From the NCBI GenBank assembly GCA_012033055.1, contig JAAUPR010000007.1:42493-66492 (forward strand): DNA of 24,000 nucleotides. Reading direction: 5' to 3'. Positions 8,627 through 18,024 of the stretch are shown piece after piece. Position numbers and translations under genes: made by a program. The stretch comes from Limnothrix sp. RL_2_0. GTDB taxonomy: Bacteria; Cyanobacteriota; Cyanobacteriia; Cyanobacteriales; MRBY01. Below the pieces are notes generated by a model. That model worked only from the letters and a program-made list of their open reading frames with translations, was not told where the DNA came from and searched no databases. Numbering within the stretch: the first letter of the stretch is position 1; every line of letters starts with the position of its first letter.

Positions 8627-9324
8627 GTGACTTCTTCGGCTGCTTACCAACAGGATATTCAGATCAGTGGCGATGTCAGAATCGATCCCAGTGCTGTGAT
8701 TGCGCCCGGTGTCATTATTCAAGCTGCCCCTAATAATCATGTGGCGATCGCGCCGGTACCTGTATTGGGATGGGTTCTATCCTTCAGGCCGGTCGAGGCT
8801 CCATTAAAATCCAGCAGGGTGTAACTTTAGGCGCAGGAGTACTCATTATTGGTGCAGCAGAAATTGGCGAAAACACCTGCGTTGGATACGGCAGCACCAT
8901 CTTTCAAGCCTCTGTAATTGCAAGCCAAGTATTACCCCCCAATAGTTTGATCGGTGATAATTCCCGGAACCCAATCAACCAGACAACCCCATCTCCCCCT
9001 TCCACATCGCCAAAGCCAAAACCAACTCAGACCACCAATGACTTCGATCCATGGAACCCAGCACCATCACCACAAGCTCAAGTTCCAGTAACAGAATCTT
9101 CCCCACAACAATCACAGACAAAGAACTTAGAAAAAGAACCGAATTCTACACCAGAAATAATTCCAGACATCGCCATAAATCCCCCCAAAATATTCAAAAA
9201 AGAAGTAGACAATACCCCAAAAGTCCCTGTTGTTGGACAAGTTTATATCAATCAACTCCTGATGACTCTATTCCCCAACAATAATCAAATCAAACCAATA
9301 GACACTTCCCAAGAGACCGAATAA
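8627..9324 (+). CDS. ccmN: Carboxysome assembly protein CcmN, reading frame interrupted (N-terminal part in frame of 8627, remainder in frame of 8770)
   Basis: The GTG-8627 ORF encodes ..ISGDVRIDPSAVIAPGVIIQAAPNNHVAIA. The second frame, open from 8737, continues AGTCIGMGSILQAGRGSIKIQQGVTLGAGVLIIG... Together these align colinearly with my recollection of S. elongatus CcmN (..SGEVTIAADVVIAPGVLLIAEADSRIEIASGVCIGLGSVIHARGGAIIIQAGAALAAGVLIVG). A P/T/Q-rich linker and a C-terminal amphipathic encapsulation-peptide-like helix (VVGQVYINQLLMTLFP) follow. One missing base near 8750-8754 would restore a single product of about 232 aa. Confidence 0.85.
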
Positions 9325-9507
9325 CTGAGGCATAGTGAATCTTGCAAGTTGTTGAGATACCAATAAATAGTTGAAAGTATTTAAAGTGACTGTGTAGAAA
9401 CGTTTTCTTTAATTGCACTATATGAAGTTTTGAAAAATGGCTGAAAATCTTGTGAGACATAGGCTGTCATAGCTTACTTGTGCCAAACAGCTCAGTATTT
9501 CAGAAGA

Positions 9508-9540
9508 CTAACTATAGATTGGGTTAGCCTTTATTTTTTT
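9508..9540 (+). terminator. Weak candidate terminator in the ccmN-rbcL spacer
   Basis: 5-bp stem CTAAC (9508-9512) / GTTAG (9523-9527) followed by CCTTTATTTTTTT (9528-9540). The stem is short, so this is tentative. Confidence 0.3.
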
Positions 9541-9810
9541 GCATTTGTAACCATGAAATCATCAAATCAGCCAGCATTAGAAATGCTAATCAGGTTCAAA
9601 ATCAAAAGCAATCTTTTTTTAGATAGAAAGTATAAAAATAAGTCTTGCATGTGATACCATAAGCCACAGATTAAATAAAGTCATATGACTTGTATCTTCA
9701 AGAATTATAAAAAGCGTTATTTGCCGATTATTTTTTTGAAGTTGAACGAAAAAAAATACCTTAGGTATTTATCTCAAAGATAAGCATTTTTACTGCTGGA
9801 GGAAAACCGC

Positions 9811-11226
9811 ATGGTTCAAACCAAATCTGCTGGGTTTAAGGCTGGTGTACAAGACTACCGTCTCACCTACTACACCCCTGACTACACGCCAAAAGACACC
9901 GATCTACTCGCTTGTTTTCGGATGACTCCCCAACCCGGAGTTCCCCCTGAAGAGTGTGCTGCTGCTGTTGCTGCAGAATCTTCTACTGGTACTTGGACAA
10001 CTGTATGGACAGATGGTCTTACTGACCTCGACCGCTATAAGGGTCGTTGTTATGATGTTGAACCCGTACCCGGCGAAGACAATCAATATTTTTGTTTCGT
10101 TGCTTACCCCCTCGACTTGTTTGAGGAAGGTTCGATCACTAACGTATTAACTTCTTTGGTTGGTAACGTTTTTGGTTTTAAAGCTCTTCGTGCATTGCGT
10201 CTCGAAGATATTCGCTTCCCTGTTGCTTTCATCAAGACATGCCCCGGTAACCCCCACGGTATTACTGTAGAGCGTGACCTCCTCAACAAGTATGGTCGCC
10301 CTCTCTTGGGTTGTACGATTAAGCCTAAGCTCGGTCTTTCTGCAAAGAACTACGGTCGTGCGGTTTATGAGTGTCTTCGTGGTGGTCTTGACTTCACGAA
10401 AGATGATGAGAACATTAACTCTCAGCCTTTCATGCGTTGGCGTGATCGCTTCCTCTTTGTTCAAGAAGCAATTGAGAAAGCACAGGCTGAAACGAATGAG
10501 GTTAAGGGTCACTACCTCAACGTAACCGCCGCTACTTGCGAAGAAATGCTTGAGCGTGCTGAGTTTGCTAAAGAAATCGGTACGCCGATTGTAATGCATG
10601 ACTTCATCACTGGTGGTTTCACTGCGAATACTACCCTTTCTAAGTGGTGTCGTAAGAATGGTCTACTTCTACATATTCACCGTGCGATGCACGCTGTAAT
10701 TGACCGTCAGAAGAACCATGGTATTCACTTCCGTGTTCTGGCGAAGTGTCTGCGTTTGTCTGGTGGTGATCACCTACACTCCGGTACTGTTGTGGGTAAG
10801 CTGGAAGGCGATCGCGCTGGTACTTTAGGTTTCGTAGACCTCATGCGTGAAGACTACGTAGAAGAAGATCGCTCACGTGGTGTATTCTTCACTCAAGATT
10901 ACGCTTCCCTCCCCGGTACAATGCCTGTTGCTTCCGGTGGTATCCACGTATGGCACATGCCTGCATTGGTTGAGATTTTCGGTGATGATTCTTGCCTCCA
11001 GTTTGGTGGTGGTACTTTGGGTCACCCTTGGGGTAATGCTCCTGGTGCGACGGCAAACCGTGTTGCTCTTGAAGCTTGTGTTCAGGCTCGTAACGAAGGT
11101 CGTAGCTTGGCTCGCGAAGGCAATGATGTCCTCCGTGAAGCTTGTAAGTGGTCTCCTGAATTGGCTGCTGCTTGTGACTTGTGGAAAGAGATTAAGTTCG
11201 AATTCGACACAGTCGATACTCTCTAA
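9811..11226 (+). CDS. rbcL: RuBisCO large subunit, form IB
   Basis: 471 aa, unmistakable RbcL: [24 protein letters not shown], the active-site region [19 protein letters not shown], and [25 protein letters not shown] Shine-Dalgarno at 9799-9804. Confidence 0.99.
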   Translation: MVQTKSAGFKAGVQDYRLTYYTPDYTPKDTDLLACFRMTPQPGVPPEECAAAVAAESSTGTWTTVWTDGLTDLDRYKGRCYDVEPVPGEDNQYFCFVAYPLDLFEEGSITNVLTSLVGNVFGFKALRALRLEDIRFPVAFIKTCPGNPHGITVERDLLNKYGRPLLGCTIKPKLGLSAKNYGRAVYECLRGGLDFTKDDENINSQPFMRWRDRFLFVQEAIEKAQAETNEVKGHYLNVTAATCEEMLERAEFAKEIGTPIVMHDFITGGFTANTTLSKWCRKNGLLLHIHRAMHAVIDRQKNHGIHFRVLAKCLRLSGGDHLHSGTVVGKLEGDRAGTLGFVDLMREDYVEEDRSRGVFFTQDYASLPGTMPVASGGIHVWHMPALVEIFGDDSCLQFGGGTLGHPWGNAPGATANRVALEACVQARNEGRSLAREGNDVLREACKWSPELAAACDLWKEIKFEFDTVDTL

Positions 11227-11298
11227 GCTCTTAGTGAGCATCAGTGGGTGGGAAAGTTTGCCACAATTAATTTTCCTATTCACTGATGGCCAACTCTC

Positions 11299-11699
11299 AT
11301 GGAGTTTAAAAAGATTGCCCAAGAGACGGCGAAGACATTACGTAGCTATTTGACTTATCAGGCGGTTCGTTTAATTAGTCAGCAGCTGGGTGAGACAAAT
11401 CCGGGACAGGCAATTTGGTTAGGGGAATTTTCGAAAATCATTCGATTCAGGATAGTGATAATTATCTTGAGGCGATGATGAAGGAAAACAAGGAGATTGT
11501 TCTCAGGATTTTGACCGTGAGGGAAAATCTTGCGGAGGAGGTTCTTGAGTTTCTACCGGAAATGGTTCTAACTCAAATTAAGCAGTCCAATGGTGAACAT
11601 CGCCGTTCTCTGTTAGAGCGTTTAACTCAGGTTGATCTTGCATTAACCGATCCGGCACAACCAAAAATTGAGCCAGATTCTTCAGAAGATTCTGAATAA
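11299..11699 (+). CDS. rbcX: RuBisCO assembly chaperone RbcX, reading frame interrupted at an A-run (11434-11437)
   Basis: ATG 11299 gives MEFKKIAQETAKTLRSYLTYQAVRLISQQLGETNPGQAIWLGEFSK, then runs to a stop at 11476-11478. The listed ORF 11415-11699, in the other frame, gives ..NHSIQDSDNYLEAMMKENKEIVLRILTVRENLAEEVLEFLPEMVLTQIKQSNGEHRRSLLERLTQV... The concatenation is colinear with PCC 7002 RbcX as I recall it. One extra A (A4 to A5) restores a product of about 133 aa. It lies in the canonical rbcL-rbcX-rbcS position. Confidence 0.9.
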
Positions 11700-11727
11700 A
11701 TCTTGACCCTAAACGAGGACATAATTA

Positions 11728-12063
11728 ATGAAAACTTTACCTAAAGAGAAGCGTTACGAAACTCTTTCTTACCTTCCCCCTTTGAGCGATCAGCAGATTG
11801 CTCGCCAAGTTCAATTTATGATTGAACAAGGTTTTATTCCTGGTGTTGAGTTTGAGAAGGATCCGACTCCTGAACTCCACCACTGGACTTTGTGGAAGCT
11901 ACCTCTTTTCAGTGCAACTAATGCTCAGGATGTTCTCAATGAGGTGCGTGAGTGCCGTAGTGAGTATTCTGATTGCTACATCCGTGTTGTTGGTTTCGAC
12001 AACATTAAGCAATGTCAGACTGTTAGCTTCATTGTTTATAAGCCTAATCAGACTCGTTATTAA
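11728..12063 (+). CDS. rbcS: RuBisCO small subunit
   Basis: 111 aa: [42 protein letters not shown]...[27 protein letters not shown] Shine-Dalgarno upstream. Confidence 0.98.
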   Translation: MKTLPKEKRYETLSYLPPLSDQQIARQVQFMIEQGFIPGVEFEKDPTPELHHWTLWKLPLFSATNAQDVLNEVRECRSEYSDCYIRVVGFDNIKQCQTVSFIVYKPNQTRY

Positions 12064-12108
12064 GTTTTTTCGGTTTTTCTAAACCGATTTAGTTTGAATC
12101 ATGCAAGG

Positions 12109-12137
12109 GGCGATCGCCATGGCGATCGCCTTTTTTT
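12109..12137 (+). terminator. Rho-independent terminator of the rbc operon, built from two abutting HIP1 elements
   Basis: Perfect 22-bp palindrome GGCGATCGCCATGGCGATCGCC (12109-12130) followed immediately by T7 (12131-12137). A smaller hairpin CGGTTT/AAACCG sits at 12071-12086, just after the rbcS stop. Confidence 0.75.
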
Positions 12138-12349
12138 GTGTCACCACATACTTTGGGAGGGATTAGCCCCCTAGTTAAATGAATTAATTGAGTGTTATTA
12201 ATTTACTGTTGTGGCGATCGCTGCGAGTGGCTCAAACTCAGGAACCAGTGACGGAATGGGTGGCTGTTGTGTTAAATCCCACCGAAAAAAGTGCCGCTGC
12301 ACCGGAGCAGGTGAAGGTAAATCCGACTAATTTGGAAGCTGTGTTGTAG

Positions 12350-12619
12350 GTGGAAAATTTGCCGCCCCTACCGCCCGGACAGGTGTCTGTGCTATGGACG
12401 GTGTTGCAGCCAGATGCGCCGTTTACGACGGATGAAAAAAATGCGATTTTGACGGGGGTTTTTGCGGTGGATGAGCAGAATAAATCGGCAAAAATAACCC
12501 TGCCCCCGGTGTATCGTGAGCAGCAATGGATTAAGGCGATCGCCATTACCGTAGAAGCTGATGACGCACCACAAGAGAATCTTTCTAGCCCGATTTTGAT
12601 GGGTTCTCTGTCACCCTAA
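12350..12619 (+). CDS. Anti-sigma-factor (RskA-like) C-terminal domain protein; possibly the 3' part of a decayed gene spanning 12188-12619
   Basis: 89-aa ORF with the pattern LPPLPPGQV.VLW......P...........GVF.VD.........LP......IKAIAITVE, reminiscent of the RskA extracytoplasmic domain. Its GTG start directly follows an in-frame TAG (12347-12349). The same frame is open upstream to 12188. Family assignment is from motif memory only. Confidence 0.4.
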   Translation: MENLPPLPPGQVSVLWTVLQPDAPFTTDEKNAILTGVFAVDEQNKSAKITLPPVYREQQWIKAIAITVEADDAPQENLSSPILMGSLSP

Positions 12620-12626
12620 ACCCGAA

Positions 12627-14672
12627 TTAAATATCGGCCATTGCCCCTTTTGCCATGGCGGCGATCGCCTGATCTGTCGCTTTCGGGAGACGATAATATT
12701 TACCGCCCGCTTGCTTTGCGAGTTCCTTACCGAAGCCCGAAGAAATAAACTTTTTCTCCGTATCGATAATCAGTAACTTGATACCAGAAGCACGGATTTT
12801 TCCCCCAATCGCGAGCAATTCTTCCTTAATGTCCGGTTTCGCCTCACCTTCTTCTGGCGTTTCCCCAAGGGAGCGAGCCAGTGGAATATTGCCACGACCA
12901 TCCGTAATCGCCACAATCACCACTTCCCCCACATCCCCAGACATTTTCGCATTCATGCCCACATGCACCGCCTGAGTTAACCCATGGGATAAAGGCGAAC
13001 CACCACCACAGGGCAATGTTTCCAAACGATTTTTTGCGAGGGTAATCGACCGTGTCGGCGGTAATAAGACCTCTGCCATTTCACCCCGGAAAGGAATGAG
13101 CGCAATCTGGTCACGATTTTCATAAGCCTCCGTCAACAGACGCATCACCGCCCCTTTCGCCGCCTGCATCCGATTCAGTGCCATCGAACCCGACGCATCC
13201 ACAAGGAAAATCATTAATGCCCCAGCCTTACGAGCCATCCGCTTCGAACGGAGATCCCCCTGCTCCACAATTACTTTGCGATCAGGATTTTTGAGTCGGC
13301 GGGCTTTTTGATAAGGAGCTGCTGCCCGTAAAGTCGCATCCACGGCAATACGGCGTACTTTGCCCCGGGGTAACATCGGTTTAATATAGCGCCCCCGATC
13401 ATCCGAGAAAATCATACCCCGCTTACCGGAGTTCCCCTTGTTCTGCATCATCTGCGCAAAGGCGAGAATGCTGGGGTCTAGCACAACTCCTTCTGGATCA
13501 AAGATAAATTCATCGGGAATACTCGGCGGCTCCTGCTCTTCCGGTTCGTCTGGCTCATCCTCTTTGTCGTCCTCATCGGGATCATCTTGATCATCGTCAT
13601 CAGCTTGATCCTCATCCTCCGCATCATCCTGAGATTGGGGTGGCGGCGGCGGTGGCGGCTGCATATCGTCTTCTTCTGGAGTGGGAATTGTTGTTGCCCG
13701 GGGTAAAATCACTAACTCGACTGCGGTGCGTAAATCATCTGCGGTGACTGCATTACGACCATCGAGTGCTGCTGCTGCCATGGCTACTCGCACGGCAAAT
13801 AGTTCCGCTCGGTGACCTTCGACACTGCCCCTTACTGCCTCATTGACGAGATAGGCGATTTGTTCGGTGGAAATTTTTACTTCTTTGAGCCATTCTCGCG
13901 CCAAAATAATTTGGGTGCGCAGACCATCGAGATCATCTTCGTAGGTTTTGAGAAATGCATAGGGCGATTGGGAATATTGCACTACTTGCTCGACGGCTTC
14001 GACTCGCTCTTCTAGGTCAAGGATGCGATCAGCGGAAAGGGTAATGGCAATGCGATCGCGGAGATGTTCGCGTAGGTTTCCTTCTTCTGGGTTGTAGGTG
14101 GCAATGAGCAGGGGGCGGCAGGGGTGGGAAAAACTAATGCCTTCCCGCTCGATTTGGTTGCGTCCGTCGGTGAGTACGCTTAAAAGTTGGTTGGCAATTT
14201 GGTCATCGAGGAGGTTGATTTCGTCGATATATAGTACGCCGCGATGGGCTTGGGCGAGCAGTCCGGGCTGGAATACGGGTTCTCCTTGGCGCACGGAGGC
14301 TTCGACATCTACGGAACCGAGTAAACGATCTTCGGTTACGCCTAGGGGAATCTGGACAAAAGGGGCGGGAATGACTTGGGTGGGAATGTCTGCGACGGGG
14401 GTTGTGCCGTATTCTGCGTCGGTGAGGTCGTCCCAGTCGTTGGGATTATTGACATCGCAGTTATATTTGTTGTCTTTAATGACTTCGATGGGGGGTAAGA
14501 GGGCGGAGATTCCCCTCGCCATGACTGATTTTGCTGTACCTCTTTTGCCGGCGATCGCCACCCCACCAAGGGCTGGATCTACCGCACCGAGGAGGAGAGC
14601 TGTTTTGATTACATCTTGACCAATCACAGCCGTAAGCGGAAAAGCAGTACGAGATGTCGTTAAAGGGGGCAT
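12627..14672 (-). CDS. chlD: Magnesium chelatase subunit D (ChlD)
   Basis: 681 aa. The AAA+ N-terminal domain reads [53 protein letters not shown] characteristic poly-Pro/acidic linker ([26 protein letters not shown]...) follows, then a C-terminal vWA/MIDAS domain ([12 protein letters not shown]). Confidence 0.95.
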   Translation of the reverse strand: MPPLTTSRTAFPLTAVIGQDVIKTALLLGAVDPALGGVAIAGKRGTAKSVMARGISALLPPIEVIKDNKYNCDVNNPNDWDDLTDAEYGTTPVADIPTQVIPAPFVQIPLGVTEDRLLGSVDVEASVRQGEPVFQPGLLAQAHRGVLYIDEINLLDDQIANQLLSVLTDGRNQIEREGISFSHPCRPLLIATYNPEEGNLREHLRDRIAITLSADRILDLEERVEAVEQVVQYSQSPYAFLKTYEDDLDGLRTQIILAREWLKEVKISTEQIAYLVNEAVRGSVEGHRAELFAVRVAMAAAALDGRNAVTADDLRTAVELVILPRATTIPTPEEDDMQPPPPPPPQSQDDAEDEDQADDDDQDDPDEDDKEDEPDEPEEQEPPSIPDEFIFDPEGVVLDPSILAFAQMMQNKGNSGKRGMIFSDDRGRYIKPMLPRGKVRRIAVDATLRAAAPYQKARRLKNPDRKVIVEQGDLRSKRMARKAGALMIFLVDASGSMALNRMQAAKGAVMRLLTEAYENRDQIALIPFRGEMAEVLLPPTRSITLAKNRLETLPCGGGSPLSHGLTQAVHVGMNAKMSGDVGEVVIVAITDGRGNIPLARSLGETPEEGEAKPDIKEELLAIGGKIRASGIKLLIIDTEKKFISSGFGKELAKQAGGKYYRLPKATDQAIAAMAKGAMADI

Positions 14673-14800
14673 CTATCCAGATTTAAATAAAAAATTAAAA
14701 AGTAAGCTTAAGAGGCTTGTGTAAAAACGAGGAGAAAAATCCCCAAAATTGAGCCTTTCCTCCTCCGCAAAAATATTCTGCAATGGTTATCTAATAATGC

Positions 14801-15526
14801 TTACACATGTTTAACCAAGCGTGCAAAGCTCTCTGCTTCGAGGCTAGCGCCACCGACTAGAGCACCGTCAATTTCGGGTTGCGCCATGATCTCATCCACG
14901 TTGGCAGGTTTGACGGAACCACCATATTGAATGGTGACATTTTTGTTGGTGAGCTTTTCGCGGATCAGGCCAATCACTCGGTTTGCTTCAATGGCATCGC
15001 AGGTTTCACCCGTACCGATCGCCCAGATGGGTTCGTAGGCAATGACTAAAGCGTTTTGGTCAATATCGACTAAGCCTTTAGCGAGCTGCTCAAAAATGAT
15101 GGCTTCGGTTTCTCCAGCATCCCGTTGTGCTTTGCTTTCACCAACACAGAGAATGGGGATGAGGTTGTGGCGCTGGGCGGCTTTTAGGCGTTGATTGACG
15201 GTGGCATTTGTTTCGCCAAAATATTGACGACGTTCGCTATGGCCAACGATGACATAACGTACGCCCATTTCGGTTAACATTGAGCCGGAAATTTCCCCGG
15301 TAAAAGCGCCTTCGTCTTCCCAGTGAATATTTTGTGCTCCGAGGCGAATCCTGGTGCCATGGAGACTTTTGGACATGAGTCCTAGATCTGTGAAAGGGGT
15401 ACAGAGTACAACTTCTCGTTCTTCGTGATCGTCGGCAATTTTGGGCAATAGTTCTTTGAGAAAGTCTAAGGACTCGGCTTGAGTCTTAAACATTTTCCAG
15501 TTACCCGCAATGATAATCTTTCGCAC
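14801..15526 (-). CDS. tpiA: Triosephosphate isomerase
   Basis: 241 aa: [32 protein letters not shown] and YGGSV motifs. Confidence 0.95.
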   Translation of the reverse strand: MRKIIIAGNWKMFKTQAESLDFLKELLPKIADDHEEREVVLCTPFTDLGLMSKSLHGTRIRLGAQNIHWEDEGAFTGEISGSMLTEMGVRYVIVGHSERRQYFGETNATVNQRLKAAQRHNLIPILCVGESKAQRDAGETEAIIFEQLAKGLVDIDQNALVIAYEPIWAIGTGETCDAIEANRVIGLIREKLTNKNVTIQYGGSVKPANVDEIMAQPEIDGALVGGASLEAESFARLVKHV

Positions 15527-15660
15527 GGCTTTCCTACCAAGGCTTCTTTCTTATACGCACAAGAGAACAGTTTACCTTATCGCTGAAACGGCTCTCTGGA
15601 AATTTATCGGGAAAGGACGGCGATCGCCGCCAAAACAATCTATTTATCTATGGGTAATTT

Positions 15661-16554
15661 TTAAAAGCTCAAAATTCCTTGATCGCCGTCGAGGGTGACG
15701 GTCTGACCGAGGGGTAAGGCTGCGTTTTCTCCGTCATGGCCAAAGGGTAATTCGGCAACGATGGGGATATTTAAATCTTTGAGGCGATCGCCCAGCACTT
15801 CCAGCACAGAGAAACTATCGCTTGAACCCAGCTCATCACAACGGCTAAAACGACCAAGGGCAATACCTTTTACCTGTTTGAACATCCCCCGTAACCGCCA
15901 ATGGGTTAACAGGCGATCGACGCTGTAGGGGGCTTCTGTGACATCCTCTAACGCCAAAATAACATTCTCAAAATCAGGCTGTAATACCGTGCCGAGAATA
16001 TGGGTTGCGACATTCAAATTTGCGGGTAATAAAATGCCTTCTGCCTTGCCTTCAACCCAACTTTTGCCCTGCAATGGGTCGAGATTTTTACCCTGAACGG
16101 CAGCGAATAATCTTTCTAATGACCAATCAGGTTCTTGCGCCAAAGTGGTTAAAACAGGCGCGTGCAAACCCCCGACACCAACGGTAGCGAGGCTCCAGAG
16201 CAAACTCGTAATATCCGAAAAACCAATCAACCATTTCGGTGAAACTTGATCAATTTTCCAGTCCCAATCTTCCAGCAAGCGCATCCCGCCATAGCCACCG
16301 CGAGCACACAAAATCCCTTTACACTCGGGGTCAAACCAAGCTTCGGCAAGGGCTTTTCTACGTATTTGATCATCCCCGGCGAGATAGCCATATTTTTTAT
16401 CCCAACCCGTGATGAATTCCACTCGATAACCTTGGTCACGCCAAATTTTCACCCCAGCCATTAGGGCATCATGTTCCAACAGCCGACCACTCGGAGAAAT
16501 GACTTTCAGCAAATCGCCCGGCTGTAGCGGTTCCGGCATTATTAAAGGCTGCAT
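15661..16554 (-). CDS. LD-carboxypeptidase (peptidase S66, muramoyl-tetrapeptide carboxypeptidase-like)
   Basis: 297 aa with an S66 layout: GD.L.VISPSG, ARGGYG, the nucleophile motif GFSDITSLL, and C-terminal PFGH. Confidence 0.8.
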   Translation of the reverse strand: MQPLIMPEPLQPGDLLKVISPSGRLLEHDALMAGVKIWRDQGYRVEFITGWDKKYGYLAGDDQIRRKALAEAWFDPECKGILCARGGYGGMRLLEDWDWKIDQVSPKWLIGFSDITSLLWSLATVGVGGLHAPVLTTLAQEPDWSLERLFAAVQGKNLDPLQGKSWVEGKAEGILLPANLNVATHILGTVLQPDFENVILALEDVTEAPYSVDRLLTHWRLRGMFKQVKGIALGRFSRCDELGSSDSFSVLEVLGDRLKDLNIPIVAELPFGHDGENAALPLGQTVTLDGDQGILSF

Positions 16555-16571
16555 AGACTAAAACACAAAAG

Positions 16572-16841
16572 CTATTTTTTAGAATTTTCTTGGGCTAATT
16601 TTCGTTTATTTTCCCAACGCCATAGCAAAATCATCAAGCCAACGACCCCCGCTTGTACAGCGAAATTGGGGATGGCTTTTTGCAAATCTCGTCCCGCCGC
16701 AATTTGCGCGAGAAAAACGACACCGCCGACACCGCCAGAAATACCGAAGCAGATATAAACGAATTGTCGGAGGGCGCGATAGGGATTTTGGGCTTCGTCC
16801 CGTAACCGTGCCATTTTTTCAGGACTAAATTTTTGAGCCAT
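16572..16841 (-). CDS. Small two-TM membrane protein, DUF3493-like (conserved in oxygenic phototrophs)
   Basis: 89 aa: ..ARLRDEAQNPYRALRQFVY followed by two hydrophobic helices and a basic tail. The family name is from memory of the motif. Confidence 0.6.
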   Translation of the reverse strand: MAQKFSPEKMARLRDEAQNPYRALRQFVYICFGISGGVGGVVFLAQIAAGRDLQKAIPNFAVQAGVVGLMILLWRWENKRKLAQENSKK

Positions 16842-16941
16842 GGTTTTAGGAAACGTCAGTTAGAAAAGGTGAGCATTTAAAGAAAAATCCCCCAATCTTT
16901 TTTCAGAATGAGGGAGTCAGGCGATCGCCATTATTAGCGAA

Positions 16942-18024
16942 TCAAATTTTGGAAAAAGCCAGATTAACCGTATCGCGAACAATTAGGAATACACCCAAGC
17001 CCAGCAAAAGCACTAAGCCCGTCTGCATAATATTTTCCTGTAGGCGCATCGGTAGTGGCTTACCCCGTAGACCTTCCACCAACAGAAAAGCGAGCTGACC
17101 ACCATCGAGAGCAGGCAACGGCAAAATATTGATAATGGCGAGATTAATACTAATCAACGATCCAAACTGGAAAAGATTACTCAAATCATCCTTCGCCAAA
17201 TCTGCACCCACTGCCACAATTGCGACGGGGCCTGACACTTGCTTGGCTGTTTCTTGGAAATTAAAAATCAGTTGCCCAAAACCTTGGATCGTTAAACCCG
17301 CAAGGCGCTGAAATTCTCTGGAACCAGATTTGAGAGCGGCAATGGGATTCCCGGCGCGACGACGCACAATTTCGCCATTAGGAGCAAGCATCACGCCAAT
17401 TTTTCCTGCACCATCATTGCCCAAATCAGGGGTGACATTAACCGAAAACACATCACTATCCCGTTGGATTTTGAGGGTTAATTCTTGGTTCGGCGAATTT
17501 TGAATCAAATTGCGCAATACTTCGAGAGCTTCTTGACCTGTGGGCAATTCTGTTGAACCCACCGCAAGCACTACATCTTCCCCTTGAATACCTGCCGCCG
17601 CCGCTGGGGAAGCCACTTCGGTCATCACTTGGGGAATGCGAACACCTTGTTGATAGTCAATATCTTTAAAGCCAACGGTTCCCGCCTGCACGGTGAGGAG
17701 GAAATAGGCAAAAATCAGGTTGGCAATTACGCCCGCACTAATGACGATCGCCCGATCAATAACTGGACGATTGCGCAGGAGGTTGGGGTCTTCTGGGGGA
17801 ATATCACTTTCGGGGTCATCATCGGGGAAGCCGACATAGCCGCCGAGGGGAAATGCCCGGATAGCATATTCTGTTTCTTTGCCTTGGTACTTGAGGAGGG
17901 TGGGGCCAAAGCCGATGGAGAAACGGTTGACATGGATATTTTGAAGTCGTGCTGCTGAGAAATGACCAAGCTCATGAACCACGATGAGGAGTGCCAAAAC
18001 TGCGATCGCCGCCAGTACGGACAT
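16942..18024 (-). CDS. rseP: RIP site-2 metalloprotease (M50, RseP-like) with PDZ domain
   Basis: 360 aa: N-terminal HELGHF zinc motif within TM1, a central PDZ-like region (AAAAGIQGEDVVLAVG), and the C-terminal NLAIINILPLPALDGG motif. Confidence 0.85.
   Translation of the reverse strand: MSVLAAIAVLALLIVVHELGHFSAARLQNIHVNRFSIGFGPTLLKYQGKETEYAIRAFPLGGYVGFPDDDPESDIPPEDPNLLRNRPVIDRAIVISAGVIANLIFAYFLLTVQAGTVGFKDIDYQQGVRIPQVMTEVASPAAAAGIQGEDVVLAVGSTELPTGQEALEVLRNLIQNSPNQELTLKIQRDSDVFSVNVTPDLGNDGAGKIGVMLAPNGEIVRRRAGNPIAALKSGSREFQRLAGLTIQGFGQLIFNFQETAKQVSGPVAIVAVGADLAKDDLSNLFQFGSLISINLAIINILPLPALDGGQLAFLLVEGLRGKPLPMRLQENIMQTGLVLLLGLGVFLIVRDTVNLAFSKI

Noticed and set aside
9553-9654. 33-codon ORF (MKSSNQPALEMLIRFKIK...) in the ccmN-rbcL spacer
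   Set aside because: It has no Shine-Dalgarno, its composition is AT-driven and Lys/Asn/Ser-rich, and no conservation can be assessed here. It is probably non-coding.
9904-11353. Several 60-158-aa ORFs on both strands overlapping rbcL
   Set aside because: rbcL is unambiguous. These are off-frame or antisense ORFs with no independent support.
12238-12574. Minus-strand ORFs 12238-12546 and 12392-12574
   Set aside because: They are antisense to the plus-strand frame that carries the RskA-like motif. Their products are Cys/Gly/Thr-rich with no motifs. Neither strand is strongly supported, but the plus strand has the better protein-like pattern.
13526-13665. Poly-Pro / Asp-Glu low-complexity stretch, seen on the plus strand as GGC and GAT/TCC-rich simple sequence
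   Set aside because: This is the well-known proline-rich acidic linker between the AAA+ and vWA domains of ChlD, not a microsatellite or a novel element.
12778-14619. Plus-strand ORFs inside chlD, including 173 aa at 14098-14619
   Set aside because: They are antisense shadow ORFs of a well-supported 681-aa ChlD gene.
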